In this document: piece after piece, positions 25,901 to 38,500 of the stretch | Layout of the letters: every line of letters starts with the position of its first letter | Position numbering within the stretch: position 1 is the stretch's first letter | From: Mizuhopecten yessoensis | Lineage: Eukaryota | Reading direction: 5' to 3' | Length of the DNA stretch: 64,000 bases | NCBI RefSeq assembly: GCF_002113885.1 | Contig: NW_018407700.1 | Location: 499,373 to 563,372, forward strand | Program-made: the position numbers and the translations under genes | Notes under the pieces: model-generated | The model's database searches: none | Told to the model about the DNA's origin: nothing | Seen by the model: the letters and a program-made list of their open reading frames with translations, nothing else

Positions 25901-28900
25901 AAAGATACTACTCAGATTAAAATGTGTCAAATTAACCTCATTATTAGTCACTAGGGATGCTTAATTGGAACATGGTGACATCGTAGACACACGTGAGCTC
26001 AGACATGTACACATCCTGGAGCTGAGTGTTGTTATACCGTGCTTCACCTAGTATGTGTTTCACAGGGAAACGGGTACTTGTAATGAAGGACAGAAAGGGA
26101 AGTCGTTATACAGACTCGATGAAACAATATTAAAATTCAAGTACTCATTAAATGCGTAGACAAAACGGACTTATCTTAACCTTGTTTTTAGATAAACTGT
26201 AGTTGTTTTTACATGTACAGCGATGAATGTCATACAAATTTCTCTAAGTTCCTTGCACGCGTAGATCTAGAACAGGAAATGTTTAGTGCATCAATTAACA
26301 TTCCCCTAATGGTCGTACCATAATTGACAGATGTGTCTATTTTAGGAACAACGTCATCCATATCGGTATAAGCGATATCTGTAGCTCATTTTTCTATTGA
26401 TTTGAATGAATATCGAATGTATTTAAATTTTTGCCGTTATCTACCAAGAGCTGCCTATATATAATCATATTTAAAGTGCGTAAACAATATATAGAAAGAC
26501 ATAGACGTAGAAAAAAATAAGATGAAGTCCTTGAATTCGAAAGTTCTTCTAATGCCTTGAATACAGTGCTAAATGGGTAATAATTACTGTATCTCTCTGA
26601 AATACAAGTAAATTGGTAGCCCGACTGTTCTATAGTGACAATCCTCGAGATTCCAGAGGTTACGCTCACGTACGTTTTCTAAAGACGTAAAAGAGCGTAG
26701 ACTCTGGAATTTCGAGGATGTGAAGTAGCAGCTTGGAACAATTTAGGAAATCTATCCATCATACATCTCTATCAAAAACTTGCGGTAATCCGAAATGTTC
26801 CCCACCGCCCGTTCATGAAAATTGAACTTTTTTCTCTCTCGATAACTCAAGATACTAAGATGCGTTTTAAAAGGGACATTGGATTCTTCCATGAGATTTA
26901 CACAGGACAAAAATTGCACACGTGTTTTGGAATATATCAAAAAGTCTGTTCGCATCAAAGTCGCTGAGTATTGTAAGCATTTGTCAGGAAGCAAGCGTTG
27001 ACGAGGTACATTTATGTACGGGTAATCAGGCTCTTTGATATGAAATGAGATTACGTACTGCACACGTACGCCATACTAGACACAGTTGTATCAAATGTAT
27101 GGTAGAATCAAACCATTTCTGTTCGATTTTACAGGAATTTAGGAACGACGATACCTATAAAGACGTCGAGGATTTGAATGAAAAACTCAACAGTTACAAA
27201 GGTCAGTCCAAAGGTCAAACGTTCGAGACGAACACACCGAATGCTAATATGATAAGGGTCAAATGTGAAAAAGTCGAAAGAAGTCAAGGGTATGGGACAA
27301 AGAAAATATATACAAGGAAAAATGTGCATGTTACTCCAATGTGATCATACCGACGTGGATGTTTAAAAAACGTTCAATAGGTTTATTTACATTCAGAATA
27401 TATATTTGTGATCATAATGTTAGTATTTCCTAATATCTGAGGTATCGACGTTTCTCAGTCAGTGCAAACGACGTTCCTGGAACAGCATAACGTCATCGAA
27501 ACTATTTGAAATGGAGAAGCTAGTTTTTTAAGCAGGAATGTAAATATACGTAAATCAAAAGCTTTGGGTATTTTCACTGAATAAGACAATAATCATGTTA
27601 TATATATAAGATCTGTCATTAACTCCTATTTCTCACTTAAATGTATGCATTACTGTTTTGTCAGGAATAAATAATATGTACATTTGCTCACAATCGTTAT
27701 TTCTCTTTATTGCAGAGAAGTTCATGGAATTCGATCTTGACAACTCTGGAGACATAAGTATGTTATAAGTGGGATTTCATACATTCATATAGGCAGAGAT
27801 TTGAACATATCGTTGCGATTGATTTATGTAAAATGAATTAAAAAGGTTCAATGATCAAACAATAAAATATGTACGGTCATATACTTTTCATGATTTTTTT
27901 TAACAGACACATCGATCGGGTCAATATATATATATACAATTTCCATACATATCTGTGCCCCATGTAAGAAATCAGACATATGGGGATGTGATGTCTTGGG
28001 TGGTATTCCGGTTCATGACCCCTTGGATATACATATAATTTGTCTTTATATTCCTCCCCTATCAACATAAGGATTAAATGGCATTTTAATGTTCATACCG
28101 GCATAAACATTGGAAAGTACTGTACAGTAGAACATTCACATTTAGAAATATATAGTTATTATGGATGTAAATATAGGTATTCATTTATATAGTCTGTGTC
28201 GTCAATGCAAACGAGAACCAGGAACAGCCTAACGTCACTTAAATGTTTACATTTTATGGTTGTCTCACGTTTTTCGAGGCAAGAGTAGCTTAAAAAAGGC
28301 GCTATACAATATAATTGCATCTATAACCCAATGAATGCAAAGTTCTCTGGTAATGCTTGTAGAGGAACATACACATTAAATACCGTAGTTGTTGCCTGAT
28401 AATCATCGATCATGAGACTGCTAAAATAATAAACTGAAAGAGTTTAAACCAATGTATCTCTGTGCTACAGACTACATGGGGCTGAAGTTGATGCTGGAGA
28501 AACTGGGTTCCCCTAAAACACATAAGGAGATACTTAAGATAGTATCGGAGGTGGACACAACGGAATCTGGTACCATATCCTACAAAGAGTTCCTGTGGAT
28601 GATGTTAGGAGGCAAGAACTGTATCCTTAGATTGTAAGTATACTGAATAATGTAAATAAAGGTCATGTGTTAATACACCGAGTTATATAAATATAGTTCA
28701 TATGAACGATGTGCAAGTTTACCGTAAATACATGTAACGTTCCTGTGTAATATGTCTGAGCATATTGAGCAAGTCCTGTCAAATTGTAACCAAATCATTT
28801 TGGTTCTAAATATCAGATGGACGAAATATTTCATTAGTTTGTCTTATTTTTACCATTACACAAGTTGTCATTGCAAACACGAGCAATTGCGGTATAAACC

Positions 28901-29227
28901 ACATTTGTAGAAAAATGCCTACCTACATCTAGTCTACTAGAATAGCAAAGGCGGAAATAAAGTTTGGACAATTATACTTGACGTTGTATATATAGAGGAA
29001 TATATTTTCCCTGGTATCATCTGACGCTGGTTTATTAATGGTCAAAGTTATAAGATAGTTTTGCTTTGTCTAAAGTGTGCCAAATTATGACAACTATACA
29101 CCATACAAACGGTTCACGTGATCAATATATGGACTATTTCAGGATACTGTTTTTCGAGTCGGTTGGACAGGAGGCGCCGAAACAAAAGGGTGTTGCACCG
29201 CCCCGTACTATAGACTCTCTGCCGTAA
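19941..29227 (+). CDS. AIF1: Allograft inflammatory factor 1-like EF-hand protein, 6 coding exons, ~151 aa
   Basis: Exons (+): 19941-19977, 21940-22001, 27135-27201, 27716-27757, 28471-28633, 29143-29227; GT-AG, total 456 nt. Translation includes [66 protein letters not shown] and ends IDSLP*, all characteristic of AIF1/AIF1L. Exon 1 is the least certain. Confidence 0.93.
22007..25680. repeat. 38-bp minisatellite in AIF1 intron 2 (~97 copies)
   Basis: Unit GCGGATATCTGCTATAGACATACAYCTAATGTAATAGT; period 38 (22007 and 22045); starts 5 nt after the exon 2 end. Confidence 0.97.
26639..26720. mobile_element. Degenerate ~82-bp palindromic MITE-like element
   Basis: Arms caatcctcgagattccagaggttacgctc / gagcgtagactctggaatttcgaggatg; no clear TSD. 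Confidence 0.6.
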
Positions 29228-29699
29228 CACCAGACGCTGATACATCACTCCGAGCTGGGGATCGCTATTTGAACAGATATTAGCCAATATCATTTATACA
29301 AAGTCTTATGTGTTCATAAGAACTAACGTTCTAATAATCTAGCATATTGTTTAACGGATGTATATTTTCTGGAAGTCTTTTCAATAACTCCTAAAAGCAT
29401 ATTGGAACAAGTTTGCAAACATTCGCTTTCCAGTCGATACCTCTATATAAATGTACTTCCTCCAAATACAATATCCGCATTTAGTTACATTGTAAATATC
29501 AGGTCACTGACATTCATCACCCTTTTAATTGACATATGAAAGTATACACAACATGTATAGTAATAACATTGTACTAATAAAACCTTCTATGTTCTAATCC
29601 GACACTAATAAATATACTTATGTTATAAAATATACTTTTTTTTTGCGAAAAACCAACGTCACAATTTACGTTTTCTTTTTCTATGGCTAATTAAGGTGT

Positions 29700-31375
29700 T
29701 CACAGGGCTACCCTGTATGTGTATACACAGGGCTATCATGTACATTGTAACTGTATGTGTATACACATGGCTACCCTCTACAGTGTAACTTTATGTGTAT
29801 ACACATGGCTACCCTCTACAGTGTACCTGTATGTGTATACACATGGCTACCCTCTACAGTGTAACTTTATGTGTATACACATGGCTACCCTCTACAGTGT
29901 AACTTTATGTGTATACACATGGCTACCCTCTACAGTGTAACTTTATGTGTATACACATGGCTACCCTCTACAGTGAAACTGTATGTGTATACACAGGGCT
30001 ACCCTGTACAGTGTAACTGTATGTGTTTACACATGGCTACCCTGTACAGTGTAACTGTATGTGTATATACAGGGCTATCATGTACATTGTAACTGTATGT
30101 GCATACACATGGCTACCCTCTACAGTGTAACTGTATGTGTATACACATGGCTACGCTGTACAGTGTAACTGTATGTGTATACACAGACAGGGCTACCCTG
30201 TACAGTGTAACTGTATGTGGATACACATGGCTACCCTGTACAGTGTAACTGTATGTGGAGAATTGTATGGGTTTTTATATTGTTTTTTGTTATGGATACA
30301 ATCTGTTATACAGGTTTGGGTTTTAAATATATTATATGTTTATAAACGCTTTCTTCTAAATTCAAATGTTATGTCTTGTTTGATAAGGGGAAAAGTACAC
30401 CAAGGGAGAGATAATTTCAACATAGGCGGTATTGGTTCCGGGCTACGGAAGTTTTTACCCCCGTTCTACTGGTGTTACAGAGTATACACATGGCTACCCT
30501 GTACAGTGTAAATGTATGTGTATACACAGTCAGGGCTACCCTGTACAGCGTAACTGTATGTGTATACACATGGCTACCATGTACAGTGTAACGTTATGTG
30601 TAGACACAGTCAGGGCTACCCTGTACAGCGTAACTGTATGTGTATACACATGGCTACCATGTACATTGTAACTGTATGTGTATACACATGGCTGCCCTCT
30701 ACAGTGTAACTGTATGTGTATACACAGGGCTACCCTGTACAGGGTAACTGTATGTGTATACACATGGCTACCCTCTACATTGTAACTGTATGTGTATACA
30801 CATGGCTGCCCTCTACAGTGTAACTGTATGTGTATACACATGGCTACGCTGTACAGTGTAACTGTATGTGTATACACAGACAGGGCTACCCTGTACAGTG
30901 TAACTGTATGTGTATACACATGACTACCATGTACAGTGTAACTGTATGGGTATACACAGTCAGGGCTACCCTGTACAGTGTAACTGTATGTGTCTACACA
31001 TGGCTACCCTGTACAGTGTAACTGTATGTGTATACACAGTCAGGACTACCCTGTACAGTGTAACTGTATGTGTATACACATGGCTACCATGTACAGTGTA
31101 ACTGTATGTGTATACACAGTCAGGGCTACCCTGTACAGTGTAACTGTATGTGTAGAATTGTATGGGTTTTTATATTGTTTTTTGTTATGGATACAATCTG
31201 TTATACAGGTTTGGGTTTTAAATATATTATATGTTTATAAACGCTTTCTTCTAAATTCAAATGTTATGTCTTGTTTGATAAGGGGAAAAGTACACCAAGG
31301 GAGATAATTTCAACATAGGCGGTATTGGTTCCGGGCTACGGAAGTTTTTACCCCCGTTCTACTGGTGTTACAGAG
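29700..31375. repeat. 38/42-bp minisatellite with a duplicated ~225-bp non-repetitive block
   Basis: Unit GGCTACCCTGTACAGTGTAACTGTATGTGTATACACAT; block agaattgtatggg...ggtgttacagagt at ~30259-30483 and ~31154-31376. Confidence 0.93.
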
Positions 31376-32398
31376 TTGCAATACAACATGGATGGGTGTT
31401 CTTGATTTCGTTTATATCAAGATTTCTTCTTCTGTAACTGACACAATCACTCCCAGTGATCAAAGATCAGCACTGTCTGATTACACGTGCATGCAGATTG
31501 ACAGACACATGTGGCACGACTGATCATACATATTAGCGGAGACCGACAAATTAACCAGTGAAACACAACAAATAACATGTAAACTTTTCTGGAAAGTGCA
31601 TCTTTCACTCGGAGAATAGATTGAAATCAACTTGCAATACAACGCTTGAGTATACACAGGTCGAGTTGGCTATTGGTAATGCTCACTTGGGTACATCGCC
31701 AGGGAATACGTATATATTAGCAAATTTATGAAACAACCAAATCCAACATTGATACTTAATATTCACGAAAATGTTCTCCGGATTTGGAACTGTTACGACA
31801 CTAGCTTTTCAGGACAGCGTAATTCAAGGACGAGTGTTTCCCGAAGCCCCAAAAAACCTCTGGATCCGCCACTGGGCTTTGAAGTCGGGCGTCTCTCCTT
31901 TGTAATCTTCAAAGGACAGGTATCAGCCTAGTGAGATTGGTCAGGTTTTTTTAGAGAGCGAAAGTGAGTGTAACCCCTGGTTATCGAGGATACAAGAATT
32001 GTGGGTGTGGCTTCTGGAACAACTGAGAATGACTGTGATGCATTTCGCTTCTTTCCCGTAAAAAAATAAAAGAAGTTATGAATAATGTGTTACATATGTA
32101 TTTCTCAATAGCGCATTTTCTGGAGCGGCTTGGATACTCCGATAATAGCAAGGAGTACAATATGACGTCACAAGAAGAAGCTCTCGTTCGTTCCCTGTAT
32201 GGAGAAATATGATATTCCAGAGTTTTGTTAGCCGCGTGTCACAGCACTGAATTATGCGAACTTAACATTTTTAGAAAAATAATCAGTTCATTTATGTCAC
32301 CTTTTAAACATGTAAATGCAGAAAACCATAGACGGTAAACGTGTTACAGCACTCTTAGGTCATTTCGTTTAAAGTAACTTTGGCCTCCTCAGTGGTAC

Positions 32399-32430
32399 CA
32401 CGGACTTAGATAACACTATCTAATTCCGTG
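32399..32430. mobile_element. 32-bp hairpin micro-element with 7-bp TSD (GTGGTAC)
   Basis: gtggtac[CACGGACTTAGATaacactATCTAATTCCGTG]gtggtac. Confidence 0.8.
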
Positions 32431-34152
32431 GTGGTACTAAAGGTGAATAGAAAAAAACATGTCTAAAACGTTCCAAAACTTATGGTATATAGAAAATATT
32501 GTGAAAGGAGAAATGTCCCCAAACACTCTTATAACATTACTTCCTTTTTCCGATGACACAAGCACGTGTATGTAGTGTTACTCTAAGAGCCTATCCATTC
32601 ATCATTCATCAGTCTTGAATCTTACTGACTTTCGCAAAAACAAGGAATTGTAGTGTAGTGCAGTACAAAAGAAATGATAATTTAAAGTACTGGAAGGTCC
32701 TCCCAAGTGCGACGTCACAGTCCGGATCGTATTTTGAATATTTGTTTATATTGAGAGCACTTACCAACAAGTCCTATAAAGAAACAGTTAACACCGGATA
32801 CCACACTATTGTATAACTTACAGACCATATGAGCTAAAGAAAATAACATACACATGTCAACGCTATGACAAATAATTTATCGTATTTAAACAGCAACATT
32901 CTGACATTATTATGAATCATTTACATAAATCGTTTTAGATAAATAATAACACATGAAATCTATGTATCAAAATTCTAAGTCATTCGCACGCCATGATACC
33001 ATTGTTGAAATAGTCCAATCACAGTATCAATGTTGTATTTCCGCTTTTGTATCAAAATTTGTTCTAGTTGCTCTTTTGTATTATCAGTCAAATAATACTA
33101 GATGACTCTTTCCTCCATTGTCCGATATCACGGAAACCATATTTTGTAACTAAACAATAAATCAATACTTTACAGTGCGTGTTTGTGAAATATTACTATA
33201 ACAAACCATGTATCCAAGGAAGGAGAAACACTTCAGGGAAATTAAACAAACATGTTATCTTTATCTTACACACCTCAATCATGTAAGGGGGCAAACATGT
33301 TTCAACATCATTTACATGTATCAGATGAAAGGCTGTCAAACTAATAACATTTTGAAAATATTTGGAAGTAGTGCCTATGGGTCAAAGCGACATAATATGG
33401 TTTATGGTTTTACATATCTCTGGTTAGTACTAGCAATGATACTGATCCTAATATACATACACAAATGTAAGTACATGTATATTAACACATTAATGAGGTA
33501 TTAACAGTGACTTTAATTAATTCAGAGAGTAGCTCTTTCTCCCGTACATGCATGTGTCAACTCTAGGATCCCTGCAGCATGGTCGTCGCGATAATGAAGC
33601 TTTCTGGCGGCGAGCGTTTTTTTTAATATATATTGCGTCATCAGAGGTAGAGGAGGCCGGGTATTAATATTGGTACTAGTCGTCGACATGTCAGTAGTTT
33701 AAGGAAATTTTGTATTCAACAAGGTTCAAGAAGACCCCTAAATGAGCTCACAGTTACCCTAATTTCAACCCTATAATTAGTCATATTTAAAGACACCAAT
33801 TAAACATCATAATTCAGATGTGTAATTTAGCAACATTTACTTGTTTAACTTAAATAGGCTAGCTAAGTAATTTGTTATTCAGGCTTATGTCAGCCTTCAT
33901 GAAACCAAGAATAAATAAAGGAAAGATTTATGTGACCTTCGAAAAATCACAGAGAAAAAGATCATGCGTTTCTGTAGTATCTTCTGCTTCATCCCTACCA
34001 CTTGTCATGTAAATCTGAGGAACGACACATAAACGGTGAGAACTGTGGTAGTGACATTGAAGCCACAAGGCACATTAATAAGAATAGCCAAAACAAAATG
34101 ACCTTCAAATTACACTAATAAGTAAATTATTTCCCAATGAAATCATGAACAT

Positions 34153-34325
34153 TTTGCGTATTGCAGAGTTATCTGCTCTTGGTAGCAGGTATTGATTGTT
34201 ATGTCATTTGTTTGTGAGAGTAACGTCATCAAACTTTGAGAAAACGACGTAATTTTCTCACACAAACCAATGACATAACAATCAATACCTGCTCACAAGA
34301 GAAGCTAACTCTGCAATACGCAAAG
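34153..34325. mobile_element. Palindromic MITE (~170 bp)
   Basis: Arms tttgcgtattgcagagttatctgctcttg..gcaggtattgattgttatgtcatt / aatgacataacaatcaatacctgc..caagagaagctaactctgcaatacgcaaa. Confidence 0.8.
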
Positions 34326-35586
34326 ACGGAATAGGCTTCATCAACCTGTATCTCTCAAAATTGTGATATTTAAAACAAGCCCTTGAACAGGAGTCAACTG
34401 CTACATGTAAACACCACAGGTGGTAGAAACAATGTTGCTGTCAAGAAAGGGAAAATTCATGATTTGGAAATCGAATTTGTTGTGCTTATTGTACAGATTA
34501 ATGGAAAGCTGTCAATGTAGGTTATGTTAGCAAAGATCAACATCAGTGGCTGATAAAGTTGCAATGTTTGTGGCAACTTTGAACCATTTCTGGCAAACTG
34601 ATTTGACAGCGGAAAGCTTTGAACTTCTGTATGTGCTGACCATTATTATTTGTGTCTTTGAGTTCAAAGATCATACTGAAGTGTGTTGACACATGACTGA
34701 CATCAATTTAGCTGGTCAGCTTAACATGTACATTAAATGTACCTTACTGGAAGTCGGTGGGATTATTATCAGACAACTTCTTTTAAGCCTGGAAGGTGGG
34801 TGAAATGATGGTAGGGCTTAATCACCAGGCATCTGTAGGGTTTTAACATTGTACATAGCGAGTTTCAAAGGATAACATTAAAGAATTTCTTAGTCCTCCA
34901 AACCTGCCGTGTGCTTTCTCCACTAACTTATAATTAAGTACAGGTGTATTAGTACTTTTCCTTTCACAACTATTGCAGCTGTTTTAAATGACATGATCAC
35001 TGAATATCATAGTCAGTATGCTAACCTTTTTTTTAATCATTTCTAAATTCAGTAGAAGGTCACAATCACAACAGCATGAGGACAGGTTGCTTTAATTTAT
35101 TAAATATCTGTCAACCGGATTCGCCCTTTGGCGGGCTTCTTCAGGACCTTCACCTTCACATTTCTAAATTCTGGTTCATTATTCAATTTAACTGAACGTC
35201 AAAATGTCTATGTAAAGACAACTGATAAGCTATCGGGGAAAAAATAGAACAATACATATTAATACATTTAATAATTTGTTCATCATACAGAATATTGACA
35301 AACAAACGTACCTAATAAAAAACATTTACACCACAGCTTCAGTCGATAACGAAACAACGAAATGTGATTCTTTTAAACACTCACTACAAACATAATCAGC
35401 CATGATACTTCTTTAACATGAACTTTTACAGTAATTGATTCAGCTCCAGTCAATAGCCATAACAAAGTTGATTGTTTATGCCTCAATCCACACCAATTTC
35501 TACAAGACTATGACTGTCAGTCCACTCTATAAAGATCGCATGCATATATTCCATACACATATTTCATTTGCTCAAAGTACAGGTCA

Positions 35587-38500
35587 CTACATTAGGCGTT
35601 CATTATTAGACAGGTAGACTTCGTCATGATTGATGGAAATCTTCTCTGGAGGAATGAGTGCTGCTGCCACATTTCTCCCCTCTATGCTCAACATGTTGAA
35701 GAGACCACAAGCCTGTTCCTGTAACAGATTATAAAATCACATGATAAAGAGACCACAAGCCTGTTCCTGTAACAGATTATAAAATCACATGATAAAGAGA
35801 CCACAAGCCAGTTCCTGTAACAGATTATAAAATCACATGATAAAGAGACCACAGGCCTGTTCCTGTAACAGATGATAAAATCACATGTTAAAGAGACCAC
35901 AGGCCTGTTCCTGTAACAGATGATAAAATCACATGATAAAGAGACCTCAAGCCTGTTCCTGTAACAGATGATAAATCACATGATTAAGAGATCACAGGCC
36001 TGTTCCTGTAACAGATTATAAAATCACATGTTAAAGAGACCACAGGCCTGTTCCTGTAACAGATCATAAACTCACATGTTAAACAGACCACAGGCTTGTT
36101 CCTTTAACAGATGATTAAATCACATGTTAAAGAGACCACAGGCCTGGTCCTGTAACAGATCATAAAAGCACATGATAAAGAGACCACAGGCGTGTTCCTG
36201 TAACTGATTATAAAATCACATGTTAAAGAGACCCCAGGCCTGTTCCTGTAACAGATCATAAAATCACATGTTAAACAGACCACAGGCTTGTTCCTGTAAC
36301 AGATGATTAAATCACATGTTAAAGAGACCACAGGCCTGTTCCTGTAACAGATCATAAAAGCACATGATAAAGAGACCACAGGCCTGTTCCTGTAACTGAT
36401 TATAAAATCACATGTTAAAGAGACCACAGGCCTGTTCCTGTAACAGATTATAAAATCACATGATAAAGAGACCACAAGCCAGTTCCTGTAACAGATTATA
36501 AAATCACATGATAAAGAGACCACAGGCCTGTTCCTGTAACAGATGATAAAATCAAATGTTAAAGAGACCACAGGCCTGTTCCTGTAACAGATCATAAAAT
36601 CACATGTTAAACAGACCACAGGCTTGTTCCTGTAACTGATTATAAAATCACATGTTGAAGAGACCACAAGCCTGTTCCTGTAACAGATTATAATATCACA
36701 TGATAAACAGACCACAAGCCTGTTCCTGTAACAGATGATAAAATCACATGTTAAACAGACCACAAGCCTGTTCCTGTAGGGGCAGGAATTCCAAGTTTAC
36801 AATGTGATACCATCATCCACCAAAGATGATTCTGACCAAGTAAAAATAATTTCCAACAGAAAATTGTCAAAATATACCCAAAAGTGTTGTTTCCCTATAT
36901 AAACTATAGTAAACTTTACCCCCTCCCCAAGGGAGAACGGATAGCTCGGGGGTCCTGAAATTTACAATTTAAATAAAGCCCCTGATGATCTTTCCATCAA
37001 TGCAGAGAAAATGACTGTAATACCTCTGAGTCTGGAGAAGAAGATTTTTGAAATATTGGTTAATTTTCCCTTTTGGGCCCTGCCCTGGCCCCTAGGGTTG
37101 GGGTAGGGGAATCCAATTTTACAATTTGGTAGCCTTATCTACCAAGGATGATTCTGACCAAGTTTGAAAAAATTCCATCCTCTGGTTCTTGAGAAGAAGT
37201 TGATAATGTAAAAAGTTTACGCACGCCGGACGACGACGGATGGAAAGTGATTGGAATAGGTCACTTGAGCAAAGCTCAGGTGACCTAAAAATCACATGTT
37301 AAAGAGACCACAGGCCTGTTCCTGTAACAAATTATAAAATCACATGATAAACAGTCCACAAGCTATTCCCCCCTTGGGCTGATTTTCCCTTTCTCATCCC
37401 GAAAAGGGGGAGTAATAAATACTATCAATCGGTAAAAACGTGTCCATGGTAACAGAAAAGCTTAACTTTCCAAGGTACATGTATGTACAACAGCCAGGGA
37501 TACACAACTTGAATATGTTAGAAAAATACATCAGACATTTTTTTAATACTTACTGTGGGTAAAACTTCTACGTTGATTCCCTTTGACCTCAGGAATAAGT
37601 GAACATCAGGTTTTAACTGGTCTATTTCCATACCCTTACCAATTACCAACATATCTGAAATTATAAAATACTTATGTTTTAGCTAACAAAATCTTACACA
37701 GTCCATCCTTTTTTTTCAATAGCCTGTGTTTTAATTTGTATCTTAAAAATTCAAATCTTTGATCATATAACCACCACATTCTGCAGTGATACACTAGCAG
37801 GTACCCTTGTCATACCTTTTGTTGATTTGCTCATGTAATAAAAATCATTGTGAAATCAGAATTATGACAAAAACAAGGAACTAGATGATTGATTTTAGGA
37901 TGGCATCTGATAAAGGACCACACATCGGGTTGATAAATGTACACACAAGATTGATAAAGGTCCACACATAAAACTGATAAAGGTCTACACATAAAACTGA
38001 TAAAGCTCCACACATAAAACTGATAAAGGTCCATACATAAAACTGATAAAGGTCCACACACAAGATTGGTAAAGGTCCACACATAAAACTGATAAAGGTC
38101 CATAATAAAACTGATAAAAGTCCACACATAAAACTGATAAAGGTCCACACATAAAACTGATAAAGGTCCACACATAAAACTGATAAAGGTCCACACATAA
38201 AACTGATAAAGGTCCACACATAAAACTGATAAAGGTCCACACATAAAACTGATAAAGGTCCACACATAAAACTGATAAAGGTCCACACATAAAACTGATA
38301 AAGGTCCACACATAAAACTGATAAAGGTCCACACATAAAACTGATAAAGGTCCACACATAAAACTGATAAAGGTCCACACATAAAACTGATAAAGGTCCA
38401 CACATAAAACTGATAAAGGTCCACACATAAAACTGATAAAGGTCCACACATAAAACTGATAAAGGTCCACACATAAAACTGATAAAGGTCCACACATAAA

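Noticed and set aside
28621-28630. U12-type donor-like GTATCCTT in AIF1 exon 5
   Set aside because: Lies inside conserved coding sequence (CILRL); the canonical GTAAGT donor at 28634 keeps frame with exon 6.
29719-31307. Cys-rich 'metallothionein-like' ORFs (CNCMCIH repeats)
   Set aside because: Products of the 38-bp satellite, open in multiple frames and on both strands.
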